From NCBI GenBank assembly GCA_963727525.1, contig CAVSGO010000007.1, forward strand, positions 1,824,001-1,888,000: a DNA stretch of 64,000 bases. The letters are read 5' to 3'. Source of the DNA: an uncultured bacterium (GTDB taxonomy: Bacteria; Krumholzibacteriota; Krumholzibacteriia; LZORAL124-64-63). Under the pieces are notes generated by a model, which was not told the origin of the DNA, did no database searches, and saw nothing but the letters and a program-made list of their open reading frames with translations. This document shows positions 20,627-30,770 of the stretch, piece after piece. The translations under genes and the position numbers were made by a program. Position 1 is the first letter of the stretch. Each line of letters opens with the position of its first letter.

Positions 20627-23116
20627 TCAATGCATGGTGCGGGTGATATCCGAAGAACGTTGCGGTTTACCGAAGTAGAATCCTTGGACTTGTGGACACC
20701 CCAGACGCCGCAGCACGTCGGCTTGCGCCTCGGTCTCCACGCCCTCGGCGATTGCCGCAAGGCCCAGACTCGCGGCCAGGGTGATGATGGTGCCGACCAC
20801 GGCCTCGTCCCGCGCATCGGTCGCGATGTCGGCGACGAGTTCGGCCGCGATCTTCAGACGGTCCACCGGGAGTCGCTTGAGGTAACCGAGCGAGGAGAAC
20901 CCGGTGCCGAAGTTGTCGATGGCCAGGCGCACGCCATCGTCGTGCAGTGCCTGCAGCGTGGTCAACGCCTCCTGGGCATCGTGGAGAAGTGCGGCCTCCG
21001 TCACCTCGAGTTCCAGGAGTTCCGGACGCAGGCCGGTCTCCGCCAGCACGCGGCGCACCAGGTCCACCAGCCCCGGCTCGAGGAACTGGCGGCTGGACAG
21101 GTTCACACCCACGGCGAGGTCGGCGAATCCGAGCGCTTGCCACTCGCGCGCCTGGGCGCAGGCCGTACGCAGGACCCACTCGCCGATCGGCAGGATCGCA
21201 CCGGTCTCCTCGGCCAGGGGCACGAACTGCGCAGGGACTACCGTGCCACGTTCCGGATGGCTCCAGCGCAGCAACGCCTCCGTGCCGCGCAGCACTCCCG
21301 TGGCGAGGTCGTACTGCGGCTGGTACACCAGGGTGAACTCGTGCCGATCCAGCGCCTGGCGCAGCCCTGCTTCCAGCGACATGCGCTCGCGCGCCCGCCG
21401 GTTCATGTCCTCGCTGAAGAACTGGTAGCGATTGCGCCCGCGCGACTTGGCGGCGTACATCGCCATGTCGGCATGCCGGAGTAGGGTACCCACGTCCTGT
21501 CCGTCGTCCGGGAAGACGGCGATGCCGATGCTCGTCGACGTGTACACCTCGTGGCCTTCGAGATCGAATGAGCGCCCCATCGTGCGCTTGATCTTGCGCG
21601 CCACGGTCATGGCTTCGCGGTCGCCGACCGTGGCCGGCAGCAGCAGCACGAACTCGTCGCCGCCCAGCCGGCTCAACGTGTCACCCTTGCGGATGCACGC
21701 GCTCAACCGCGTGGCGATCTGCTTGAGCAGGACGTCGCCCTTGTCATGGCCCAGCGTGTCGTTGACGTCCTTGAAGTTGTCGAGGTCGCAGAAGAGCAGG
21801 GCCACGTGATTGTCGTTGCGACGCGCCGTGTCGAGAGCACGCTGCAATTGCTCGAGGAAGAAGGCGCGATTCGGCAGCCGCGTGAGAGCATCATAGTACG
21901 CGAGCTGCCGGATCTCCTCCTCGTTGCGCTTGCGCTCGCTGATGTCCGTCACCGAGCCGATGTAGCCGGTCAACTCGTCGTAGCTGTCGAAGACGGGCTC
22001 GGCCTGCGCCATCACCCAGGTGGTGAGCCCGCCGGGCCGTTTGAAACGGCACTCCGTGCGGAAGGTGCGGCGCTCGCCCACGGCCACGCGCCAGGCCGAC
22101 TGCACGACATCGCGATCATCCGGATGCACCGCGGCGAACCAGCCGTCGGTGGCGGCGCGCTCGGCCGTGAGGCCGGCGATCTCTCGCCAGCGCCGGTTCA
22201 CGTAGCGGCAGCGCCCCACGGGGTCGCAGCGGAAGATGCCGACCGGCGACGATTCGGCCATGATCTGGTATCGCCGCTCGCTCTCGCGCAGGGCCTCCTC
22301 GGCGAGCTTGCGATCGGTGGCGTCCTGCACCGTGGAGATCATCAGCCCCTGCTCCGGCAGCGGGATGTTGGCAGCGGTGACAATGCGTGTGGTGCCGTCC
22401 TGCCCCGTCACCCGGATGTTGTCCCATTGCATGCGCCGGAATGGCTGCCCCTCGCCCTGATTTTCGAGGTCGCGTCGGATACGCTCGCGATCGCGCGCAT
22501 CCGGGCAGAGGCGCTCGAGGAAGGATTCGCCCGTCTGCAGGCCGCCGTCGATCCAGGTGCCGTAGATCTCCTGGAAGCGCGCGTTGACGAAGCCGACCTT
22601 CGACATGTCGAGAGCATTGACGGCCAGACCGATGGGCAGATTATTGAGGATCGTCTCGATGAAGCGATTGCGGCGGCGCAACTCTCGCTCGAGGGAATGA
22701 TCGCGCTCGGCAAGGTCCAGCAGCACGGCCACGAGCCCGGCCGGCTGACCCTGGGCATCGGCAAGCGCAGCGGGCAACGCGAGCACGCGCACCTCGTCGC
22801 GTCCGGGTCGCGCCACCGTCAGCTCGGCGGGCTCCAGACTCGCGCCCTCACGCAGGCGCACCAGGGCGCCCGCGAGCGTCGCCCGCGTCGTGTCGTCGAG
22901 ACCGGCCGGATCGCGTCCCAGCACCCGTTCGGCATCCACGCCGAGCAGGTCGGCGATCGCCGCATTCCAGCACACCACCCGCCCTTGCAGATCGAGCGCA
23001 CAGACGGCGACCGGGAGCACCTCGACCAGCGGGTGCCGCAGAAAGGTCGCGTCGAGCCCGTTCGGCTCCGTGTGGTCCGGTGCCGATTCCACGGACTGGT
23101 GTCGCTCTGGCTTCAT
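20627..23116 (-). CDS. PAS-PAS-PAS-GGDEF-EAL diguanylate cyclase/phosphodiesterase
   Basis: Three PAS repeats; RKGD I-site and GGDEF; EAL, ELEVTE, IDNFGTG, AEGVE and QGF. Confidence 0.92.
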   Translation of the reverse strand: MKPERHQSVESAPDHTEPNGLDATFLRHPLVEVLPVAVCALDLQGRVVCWNAAIADLLGVDAERVLGRDPAGLDDTTRATLAGALVRLREGASLEPAELTVARPGRDEVRVLALPAALADAQGQPAGLVAVLLDLAERDHSLERELRRRNRFIETILNNLPIGLAVNALDMSKVGFVNARFQEIYGTWIDGGLQTGESFLERLCPDARDRERIRRDLENQGEGQPFRRMQWDNIRVTGQDGTTRIVTAANIPLPEQGLMISTVQDATDRKLAEEALRESERRYQIMAESSPVGIFRCDPVGRCRYVNRRWREIAGLTAERAATDGWFAAVHPDDRDVVQSAWRVAVGERRTFRTECRFKRPGGLTTWVMAQAEPVFDSYDELTGYIGSVTDISERKRNEEEIRQLAYYDALTRLPNRAFFLEQLQRALDTARRNDNHVALLFCDLDNFKDVNDTLGHDKGDVLLKQIATRLSACIRKGDTLSRLGGDEFVLLLPATVGDREAMTVARKIKRTMGRSFDLEGHEVYTSTSIGIAVFPDDGQDVGTLLRHADMAMYAAKSRGRNRYQFFSEDMNRRARERMSLEAGLRQALDRHEFTLVYQPQYDLATGVLRGTEALLRWSHPERGTVVPAQFVPLAEETGAILPIGEWVLRTACAQAREWQALGFADLAVGVNLSSRQFLEPGLVDLVRRVLAETGLRPELLELEVTEAALLHDAQEALTTLQALHDDGVRLAIDNFGTGFSSLGYLKRLPVDRLKIAAELVADIATDARDEAVVGTIITLAASLGLAAIAEGVETEAQADVLRRLGCPQVQGFYFGKPQRSSDITRTMH

Positions 23117-23150
23117 CGCAACGGGCCTCCTCCGAGACAGGCGTGCACCG

Positions 23151-24440
23151 TCACTCCCGCCGTTGCAGCACGAGGATGGTGAGGTCGTCGGTAGCCGGTG
23201 TCGAGCCGGCATGGGCCTGCACCGCGTGGACGACATGGTCGACGATGACCCGCGACGGCTGGCCGCACAGGTCCTCCAGGATCTCGCGGATGCGCGCCTC
23301 GCCAAATGGAACGATCTGGTCGTTCTCCATGTCGGGAGCACCATCCGAGAACACAGCGACGAGGTCGCCGACCTCGAGATGGCAAACATCGTCTTCGTAA
23401 GGGACGTTGTCCATGAGCCCCACGACCAGCCCACCCGTGGCCAGCCGCCGCGGCTCGGCACCCGCGGACAGGTGGAAGGGGCGCTCGTGCCCGGCATTGC
23501 AGTACGTCAGCAGATGTGCGCGCGCATCGAGAACGCCGTAGAACAGCGTGGCGAACTTCTCGGTGGCCGTGCAACGAAAGAGCAGGCGATTGCACCAGCT
23601 CAGGCAGTCGCGGCAGGTGCCGTCGCGCAACGCCTGGCCGCGCAGAGTAGCCTGCAGATTGGCCATGAGCAGCGACGCCGGCAGCCCCTTGCCCGAGACG
23701 TCGCCGAGGCAGAACGCCAGGCGATGCGCGTCGATAGGGATGAAGTCGTAGTAGTCGCCGCCGACTACCTCCGCCGGGACGCTGAACCCAGCGATGTCGT
23801 AGCCCGCCAACTCCGGTGTGCTGCGTGGCAGCAAATCCTGCTGGATACGCTCGGCCAGACGCACCTCCTCGCGCAGGCGCACTGCCGCCTTCTCCTCCTC
23901 GAGCAAGCGCGCCGTCTCGAGCACCTGGCCCGACTGCGCCCCGATGATCGAGAGTAGACGCTGGTCCGACGCATCGAAGGCCTGGCCACCGCGCTTGTTG
24001 AACGCGATCAGCACGCCGATGAGACTCGATTTCACGAGTAGCGGCACGCACAGAAGATTGCGCAGCGTCGGCGGGATCTCCACGCCGGCGAGGCGCTGGT
24101 CCTCCGCTGGCTCGTTGCACAAGCATGGTTGCTTGTGATGCAGCATGTAGCCCAGGAGGCTCTGATTCAGGTGGTAGCGCTCCGAGCCCTCGCCCTCGGC
24201 GGCGTACCGCACGAGGGTGCCCGCCGAGACGCGGGCCTCCTCGTCGATCAGCGTGATCGTGGCCTGCTCCGCCGCCACGGCGCGGGCCGATCGATCGACG
24301 ATGATCCGGATGATCTCCTGGGGATCGAAGACCGAGCCGATGGACTGGGCGAGATCGTTCAGGACCGAGAGTTCCTCCACGGCGCGCCGAAGCCGGATGA
24401 TCTCGCCCTGGAGGACCTGTGTCTGCGGGACGTCGCTCAT
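23151..24440 (-). CDS. GAF + SpoIIE/RsbU-type PP2C phosphatase
   Basis: VGGDYYD, GDVSGKG, NAGH, FSDG and DDLT. Confidence 0.92.
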   Translation of the reverse strand: MSDVPQTQVLQGEIIRLRRAVEELSVLNDLAQSIGSVFDPQEIIRIIVDRSARAVAAEQATITLIDEEARVSAGTLVRYAAEGEGSERYHLNQSLLGYMLHHKQPCLCNEPAEDQRLAGVEIPPTLRNLLCVPLLVKSSLIGVLIAFNKRGGQAFDASDQRLLSIIGAQSGQVLETARLLEEEKAAVRLREEVRLAERIQQDLLPRSTPELAGYDIAGFSVPAEVVGGDYYDFIPIDAHRLAFCLGDVSGKGLPASLLMANLQATLRGQALRDGTCRDCLSWCNRLLFRCTATEKFATLFYGVLDARAHLLTYCNAGHERPFHLSAGAEPRRLATGGLVVGLMDNVPYEDDVCHLEVGDLVAVFSDGAPDMENDQIVPFGEARIREILEDLCGQPSRVIVDHVVHAVQAHAGSTPATDDLTILVLQRRE

Positions 24441-24696
24441 AGGCCATTGCTCCCAACAACTTGGCTGCGGCGCAAGCGCGGTGGTCGTGCCGATGATACG
24501 GCGACCACCGGGCGCCCGCAATGCGCTTGGCGTTTCGTTTCCGTTTCTCCGGGTTCACCCGGCGCATCCATAAAGATACCATTTCTTGTTTTCAATCCCG
24601 CACATGCGGTATCATGTGCCCGCTTCATGTGATGGTATAAAATTTTCACCGCTAGCAGGCGGTTCGTCCCGGTCCCCCGCGGAAGGGTGTACGCTC

Positions 24697-26829
24697 ATGA
24701 GCAGTCGTCTTGCTCGTTCCACCATCCTGGGCTTCCTGATCCTCCTGGTCACCGGCAGCACGTCGCTCGCCACCACCGACATGCTCGTGGTCGATGGTCC
24801 CATGACCATCAGCGCCGACGACGCGACCTACGATGGCTACGACGTCGTCGTCACCGGGGAGACCGCCGTGCTGACGATCAGCGGCGATCACGTCCTGGCC
24901 AGCCTCGTGGTCACTGCGGGCGGCAGCGTCGAGCACGAATCGCTGCTCGGCCTCACGCTCACCGTCACCCACGATCTCGAGATCGACGCCGGCGCGTCCA
25001 TCGACGTGAGCGGCCTCGGTTTCCCGACCGATGAGGGCCCGGGCGCCGGACATTCGAGCACGTATTACGGCAGCGGCGCCGGCCACGGGGGCGTGGGCGG
25101 CGACGCCGCCGAGGGCGTGCCCGGTGGCGAGACCTACGGCTCGGCCGCCAATCCGCTCGCCCTCGGCAGCGGCGGCGGCTCGGGCGGCGAGACAGCCGGC
25201 GGCACCGGCGGCGGCCAGGTGTCGCTCGCCGTTGGCGGTACGCTCACGGTCAACGGCGCGCTGCGCGCCGACGGCGAGGACGGCGCGGCCGGCCTCACAA
25301 CCTGGCCCTATCGCAGCGGCGGCGGCTCCGGCGGCAGCATCCTGATCCACTGCGCGTCCCTGCAGGGAATCGGTACGATTTCCGCCAGCGGCGGCGAAGC
25401 GCCCGTGAATGGCGGCGGCGGTAGTGGCGGCCGCATCGCGATCTACTGCCAGGACAACCAGTTCCCATCCGAACAGATCGACACGGCCGGTGGCGGCGGC
25501 TATGACGATGGCGACGGTGGCACGGCCTATCTCGGCTTCGTGGTCGTGTCCCCCGACGGCACCGGCGACTATGCGACGATCCAGGGGGCAGCCGATGCCG
25601 TCGACGACGGCACCATCGTGCTGCTGGAGGACGGCGTCTTCTCCGGTGACGGCAACCGCGATATCGACCCGCGCGGCAAGGACCTCCTCTTCCGTTCGCT
25701 CAGCGGCGATGCAGCCAGTTGCATCATCGATTGCGAGGGATCCGCCGAGACGCCCCATCGCGGCTTCTTCATCCACAGCGGCGAGACTGCCCGCACAATG
25801 ATCGCCGCCATCACCATCCGGGGTGGCTGGGCCGCGGGACGCGACGGCGAGGGCGGCGGCATTCTCGTTGACGGCGGTTCATTCACCAACGTCGAGGGCG
25901 TGATCTTCAGCGGGAACCGCGCCGCGAGCGGTGGCGGCGGCCTGCACTACAATCCCGAGTCGGCAGGCAAGGTCATCGACTCGATCTTCGACGCGAACAT
26001 CGCCGACAGCGGCGGCGGCGGCCTCCACTACCGCGAGGGCTCCTCGGGCTCGGTAGTGAACTGTGTGTTCTTCGGCAACGTCTCGGGTCCCGAAGCCGCA
26101 GCCGCGAACTTCGACGGAAACGCGGTGGTGACGCTCCTGAGCTGCACCGTCGTCGGCAACACGGGCAACGGCGTCCGCTTCGGCGATCAGACGACGGCGT
26201 CGATCGAACGTTCGATCATCGCGTTCAACACGGGCACCTCGGTCGTCTGCGGCGACGCGGTTGCGATCACGGTCAGCTGTAGCGACATCTTTGGCAACGA
26301 CGGCGGCGATTGGACCGGCTGCATCGAAGGGCTCGACAGCGACGGCGGCCCCAGCGGCGGCACCAATATCTCGCTCGACCCGCTCTTCGTCGACTGGCCG
26401 GCGGGCGACCTCACCTTGCTGCCCGATTCGCCGTGCTTGCCGGATGCCAGCCCCTGCGGTCTGTTGATCGGAGCCGACCGCGGCGGCGTGATCGGAGGCC
26501 GCGCGGCCGCGCCCGGCCCAGGCTCCTCGCAGGCAGGCAGCACCCCGCGTCCAGGGGTGCAGCTCGGGCAGAATTACCCGAACCCGTTCAACCCCACGAC
26601 GACGATCGCCTTCGCACTGCCTCACCAGGACCAGGTGCGCCTCGCCGTGTACGCCCTCGACGGGCGTCGCGTGGCCACGCTGATCTCGGGCGCGGTGCCG
26701 GCGGGCTGGCACACGGTGACGTGGCCAGGCACGGACGACGCCGGCCGCGCCGTGGCCTCGGGCGCATACCTGTACCGCCTGCGGACATCGGCCGGCCTCT
26801 TCACGCGGGTGCTGACGCTCGTGAAGTGA
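24697..26829 (+). CDS. Secreted Gly-rich / beta-helix protein with C-terminal FlgD-like (T9SS-type) tail
   Basis: Signal peptide; GGGSGGSI repeats; PDGTGDYATIQ; GGG-spaced beta-helix repeats; QNYPNPFNPTTTI...ASGAYLYRL...LTLVK. Confidence 0.85.
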   Translation: MSSRLARSTILGFLILLVTGSTSLATTDMLVVDGPMTISADDATYDGYDVVVTGETAVLTISGDHVLASLVVTAGGSVEHESLLGLTLTVTHDLEIDAGASIDVSGLGFPTDEGPGAGHSSTYYGSGAGHGGVGGDAAEGVPGGETYGSAANPLALGSGGGSGGETAGGTGGGQVSLAVGGTLTVNGALRADGEDGAAGLTTWPYRSGGGSGGSILIHCASLQGIGTISASGGEAPVNGGGGSGGRIAIYCQDNQFPSEQIDTAGGGGYDDGDGGTAYLGFVVVSPDGTGDYATIQGAADAVDDGTIVLLEDGVFSGDGNRDIDPRGKDLLFRSLSGDAASCIIDCEGSAETPHRGFFIHSGETARTMIAAITIRGGWAAGRDGEGGGILVDGGSFTNVEGVIFSGNRAASGGGGLHYNPESAGKVIDSIFDANIADSGGGGLHYREGSSGSVVNCVFFGNVSGPEAAAANFDGNAVVTLLSCTVVGNTGNGVRFGDQTTASIERSIIAFNTGTSVVCGDAVAITVSCSDIFGNDGGDWTGCIEGLDSDGGPSGGTNISLDPLFVDWPAGDLTLLPDSPCLPDASPCGLLIGADRGGVIGGRAAAPGPGSSQAGSTPRPGVQLGQNYPNPFNPTTTIAFALPHQDQVRLAVYALDGRRVATLISGAVPAGWHTVTWPGTDDAGRAVASGAYLYRLRTSAGLFTRVLTLVK

Positions 26830-26852
26830 TCGCGCCGATTCGTCGCCGACGA

Positions 26853-26886
26853 GAAAGCCCGGCCGCAAACGCGGCCGGGCTTCTTT
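26853..26886. terminator. Intrinsic terminator between convergent genes
   Basis: AAGCCCGGCCGC-AAAC-GCGGCCGGGCTT followed by CTTT. Confidence 0.8.
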
Positions 26887-26906
26887 GTGGCGAACCGGAC
26901 TCGTGT

Positions 26907-27767
26907 CTAGCCGTAGTTGTCGAAGAGCTGGTTCAGATCGTCGTATCGCCCCACCCGCTCCTCGAGCGCGGCGATGCGATCGTGGATGGTGGCACGCTCC
27001 TTCTGGTACACGATGCCGGTCCAGAACGTGTCCGTGTCCATCGCCTTCTCCATGGCCGCCAGGCGGTTGCTGGAATCCCAGTCGTCGGGCAGCGGCTTGA
27101 CGACCTCGCTCATGGTCTTGAACGTGACCTGCTTGTTCATGGAGACGCACGGCGAAAAGACATGCACCACCGAGAAGCCCTTGTGCTTCAGCGCCGCGGT
27201 GAACACATGGCGCAGGTCCTTGGGCTTACCGGCATAGCCGCGGCCGATGAAACTCGCGTTATAGCTGAGGAACATCAGTAGCGGGTTCAGGGGATCCTCG
27301 ATGTTCGTGTAGGGCGCCGTCTTGCTGACCATGTCGATCGGCGACGTCGGCGAGCTCTGGCCCTTGGTGAGACCGTAGATCGAGTTGTCGATCAGGATGT
27401 AGGTCATGTCGACGTTCTTGCGGGCCACGTGCGGAATGTGCCCGCCGCCGATACCCATGCCATCGCCATCGCCACCCACTGCCACGATCGTGAGATCGGG
27501 CCGGGAGATCTTCATGCCCGCGGCCGTCGGCAGCGCGCGTCCATGCACGCCGTGGAAACCGTAGGTATCGCAGAAGTAAGGAAAGCGGCCGGAGCAGCCG
27601 ATGCCGGAGACGATCACCGTCGCCATCGGGTCGACCTGCACGTCCACGAGCGACTGGTAGAACGACGTGATCACGCCGTAGTCGCCGCAGCCGGCGCACC
27701 AGATCGGCTTGAGGTCCGATTTGTAGTCGGCAACCTTCAGGGCCGTCGAAGCCGTGGTTTCGCTCAT
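26907..27767 (-). CDS. korB: 2-oxoacid:ferredoxin oxidoreductase beta subunit
   Basis: WCAGCGD, SGIGCS, HGRALP, GGDGD and YGLTKGQ. Confidence 0.93.
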   Translation of the reverse strand: MSETTASTALKVADYKSDLKPIWCAGCGDYGVITSFYQSLVDVQVDPMATVIVSGIGCSGRFPYFCDTYGFHGVHGRALPTAAGMKISRPDLTIVAVGGDGDGMGIGGGHIPHVARKNVDMTYILIDNSIYGLTKGQSSPTSPIDMVSKTAPYTNIEDPLNPLLMFLSYNASFIGRGYAGKPKDLRHVFTAALKHKGFSVVHVFSPCVSMNKQVTFKTMSEVVKPLPDDWDSSNRLAAMEKAMDTDTFWTGIVYQKERATIHDRIAALEERVGRYDDLNQLFDNYG

Positions 27768-29491
27768 AGCTGCTCCTTGAACGCGGCGTACAGTTCCTCG
27801 GACGTGAAGGGCATGCCCTTGCACTTGTGGACCTCGATCGGCTTGATGCCGAACTTGCCCTTGAGGAAGTGTGCGTACTGGCCGGTGAAGTTCTCCTCGG
27901 GCACGATCAGCTTGCGTAGCGGACCGAGGAACTGGCGGATCCGCCACTCGTTCAGCGGCGACAGGATACGCGGATGCAGGTGCGCGATTCGTTTGCCCGT
28001 ATCCGCCTCGAGCATCTCGATGGCTTCCTGCACGGCGCCGTAGGTGGAACCCCAGCCGATCACGCCGATCTCGCTGAACTCCGGCTCCACTTCCTCGATC
28101 GGCTGCTGCTTGATGTTGGCCGCCAGCGACTCGAGCTTGCGAAAGCGCCGCGCGGTCTGGGCTTCGTGGTTTTCCGGCGTGTAGTCGGGGGCGCCCTTCT
28201 CGTTGTGCTCGAGACCGGTGCCCATGTATGGCAGCTTGTGCCAGCCGGGGATCGCCATCGGGCTCACACCCGACGGCGTGTCCTGGTAGCGCTTGAAGTT
28301 CTCGCGCGTGGCGTTGGCCGACGGCAGCAGGCGCTCGCCGATGTCGATCTGGCCGAGATCCGGGCGCGGGATGTTCTGGCTGGTATAGGCCAGCGCCTGA
28401 TCCGTGAGTACGATCACCGGCAACTGGTACTTCTCGGCGATGCGCACGGCGCGGATGGTTTGCCAGAAGCAGTCGTAGATGTCCAGCGGCGCCATGATCA
28501 CCCGCGGCGACTCACCGCTGGTGCCGTAGATGGCGAACTTGAGATCCGACTGCTCCGTCTTCGTGGGTAAACCGGTGGACGGGCCACCGCGCATCACGTT
28601 GACGATGGTCAGCGGTGTCTCCGCCATGGCCGCCAGATTCAACGCCTCGCTCATGAGCGACAGGCCCGGGCCGCTGGTCGCAGTGAGCACGCGTTTGCCG
28701 GCGTAGCTGGCGCCGATGCCGGCACATAGCGTGGCGATCTCGTCCTCGAACTGGACGGTCTGGCCGCCGAACTTGGGCAACTCGCGGCAGAGGAACTCGA
28801 AGATCGGCGTGGCCGGCGTGATCGGATAGCCGGGCACGAAGTTCACGCCTGCCGCAATGGCACCCAGGGCCACGGCCTCATTGCCCGTCACCAGGATGTG
28901 GTCGCGCTCCGGCTGGCGGTCGAAGGTGCGATGCAACGGTGCGAAGTGCTCGGTGGCGTACTTGTGACCGGCATCGAGCGCGCGCTTGTTGGCGTTGACG
29001 ACTTCTTCGCCCTTCTTGCCGAAGTGCTCGCCCACGAGCTTGTAGCCGTAGTCGACCGGCGTGTCGAAGAGCTTCATCAGCGCGCCGAGGGCTACCATAT
29101 TCTTGGCCCGGCTGGTGCCCATCGCCTCGCTCGACAATGCGTCGAGGGGCAGCGGGAACGCGCGGCGGCCGGCGAGCCGGTCGTCGGGCGTGCACTCCTT
29201 CGGATCGTACAGAAGCGCGCCATCCTTGTCGACGGCATGCACGTACCGATCGTAGGCGAGCTGATTGAAGGCGCAGTAGACGTCGACGATCTGCTTCAGC
29301 GACCGCGCCGGTCCGCTGCTGGCGCGAAGCTGGAACATCGCGAGCCCGCCGCGGATCTCGGCGGGAAACGTACGGAACGCATGGATGTTGAGTCCTCCAC
29401 GCGCCACGGCCTTCGACAGGATCTCGCCGCAGGAGATGACGCCCTCGCCACCTTCTCCGCCGATCCTGACGACCAAGTCCTGGGTAGCCAC
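27764..29491 (-). CDS. korA: 2-oxoacid:acceptor oxidoreductase alpha subunit (gamma-alpha fusion)
   Basis: GGEGGEGVIS, AEIRGG, GYPITPAT, TSGPG and RGGPSTGLPT; GTG start with GGAGG RBS. Confidence 0.93.
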   Translation of the reverse strand: MATQDLVVRIGGEGGEGVISCGEILSKAVARGGLNIHAFRTFPAEIRGGLAMFQLRASSGPARSLKQIVDVYCAFNQLAYDRYVHAVDKDGALLYDPKECTPDDRLAGRRAFPLPLDALSSEAMGTSRAKNMVALGALMKLFDTPVDYGYKLVGEHFGKKGEEVVNANKRALDAGHKYATEHFAPLHRTFDRQPERDHILVTGNEAVALGAIAAGVNFVPGYPITPATPIFEFLCRELPKFGGQTVQFEDEIATLCAGIGASYAGKRVLTATSGPGLSLMSEALNLAAMAETPLTIVNVMRGGPSTGLPTKTEQSDLKFAIYGTSGESPRVIMAPLDIYDCFWQTIRAVRIAEKYQLPVIVLTDQALAYTSQNIPRPDLGQIDIGERLLPSANATRENFKRYQDTPSGVSPMAIPGWHKLPYMGTGLEHNEKGAPDYTPENHEAQTARRFRKLESLAANIKQQPIEEVEPEFSEIGVIGWGSTYGAVQEAIEMLEADTGKRIAHLHPRILSPLNEWRIRQFLGPLRKLIVPEENFTGQYAHFLKGKFGIKPIEVHKCKGMPFTSEELYAAFKEQL

Positions 29492-29651
29492 CGTCAACCT
29501 CCAGACGTAGCGTCCCACCCCATACCTCCTACCGGGCACGGGGCAAGGGAGGCACCCGGCGCGATGTCGCCACGGCATCTCCCTTTTCGCGTTGCACGCG
29601 TTGGCCTAAAGTAATCGCTTGGCTCCAGGGGACCAAAGGGAAAGGCCCGAC

Positions 29652-30770
29652 GTGATACGTTATTTTCCAAACAAATTCGCCCCGGTCCCCCACGTCGCCT
29701 TCGTCAACTCGTTGCGCGAACTCGGGGGCGCGGAACTGTGGTTTCTCGACGCTGCGCAGGGTCTGGCCGACCGCGGCCTGCGCGTGACGATGGTGGCTCA
29801 GCCGGGCAGCCGCCTCCTCCAGCGCGCGCGCGCCGCCGGGCTCCCCACCGCCGCCGTGCCCATTCGCTGCGATGGCGCGCCGTGGACCCTCGCCGCTCTC
29901 GCCTGGACCTTCCGGCGCCGTGGGATCACGGCACTGGTCTGCAATCTCACCAAGGACCTCAAGGCCGCAGGCGTGGCCGGTCTCCTGGCGGGCGTGCCGG
30001 TGCGCCTCGCCTCGCGCGAGAGCGACTTCCCGCTCAAGAGCAAGGGCTACTACCGCTGGTACTTCACGCGCGCAGCCACCGGCGTACTGGTCAATAGCGA
30101 GGCAACCCGCGCCACCATCGCCGCCAGCGCACCCTGGCTCCCGCCGGAACGCGTGCACCTGCTCCCCAAGGGCATCGACGTGGCGCGCTTCCTCCCCGCG
30201 GCGGCGGCGCCTTCGATCCCGATTGTCGGTTTCGTCGGCCAGTTCATCGAGCGCAAGGGACTGGCTTGCTTGATGTCCGCCTGGTCGCAACTCGAGCATG
30301 ACGCCAGGACCGCTTCTGCGCGCCTGCGGCTCGCCGGCGAAGGCCCGATGCGCGACGCGATCGTGCGCTGGCGGGAGACGCTGCGGCGGCCCGACGCCGT
30401 CGAGCTCGTGGGCTTCGTCGAGGACGTGCCTGGATTCTGGGGCGGCTGCTCGGTGGCCGTGCTGCCGTCGCGCGCCGAGGGTTTCGGTCTCGCCGCGGCG
30501 GAGGCGGCGGCGTGCGCCCTGCCCGTCGTGGCGACAGACTCGAGCAGCCTGCCCGAGATCGTCCGCGATGGCGAGACCGGCCTGCTCGTGCCTCCCGACG
30601 ACGCCGCCGCTCTCGCCGGCGCCCTGGCGCGCCTGCTCCGCGATCCCGCCCTGGCCGTTCGCCTGGGCGCCGCCGGCCGTCGCCACATCACCGCCCACTA
30701 CGATCGTCGCCGCTGCCTGGACCGGCTGCAAGAGCTGGTCACAGACGGGCGGCCGGAGGCAACCAGATGA
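29652..30770 (+). CDS. Glycosyltransferase family 4
   Basis: GGAE, EGFGLAAAEA and ETGLLVPPDD. Confidence 0.88.
   Translation: MIRYFPNKFAPVPHVAFVNSLRELGGAELWFLDAAQGLADRGLRVTMVAQPGSRLLQRARAAGLPTAAVPIRCDGAPWTLAALAWTFRRRGITALVCNLTKDLKAAGVAGLLAGVPVRLASRESDFPLKSKGYYRWYFTRAATGVLVNSEATRATIAASAPWLPPERVHLLPKGIDVARFLPAAAAPSIPIVGFVGQFIERKGLACLMSAWSQLEHDARTASARLRLAGEGPMRDAIVRWRETLRRPDAVELVGFVEDVPGFWGGCSVAVLPSRAEGFGLAAAEAAACALPVVATDSSSLPEIVRDGETGLLVPPDDAAALAGALARLLRDPALAVRLGAAGRRHITAHYDRRRCLDRLQELVTDGRPEATR

Noticed and set aside
25060-25520. GGC-rich repeats as a tandem repeat or CRISPR array
   Set aside because: They encode Gly-rich protein motifs; there is no repeat-spacer periodicity and no cas genes.
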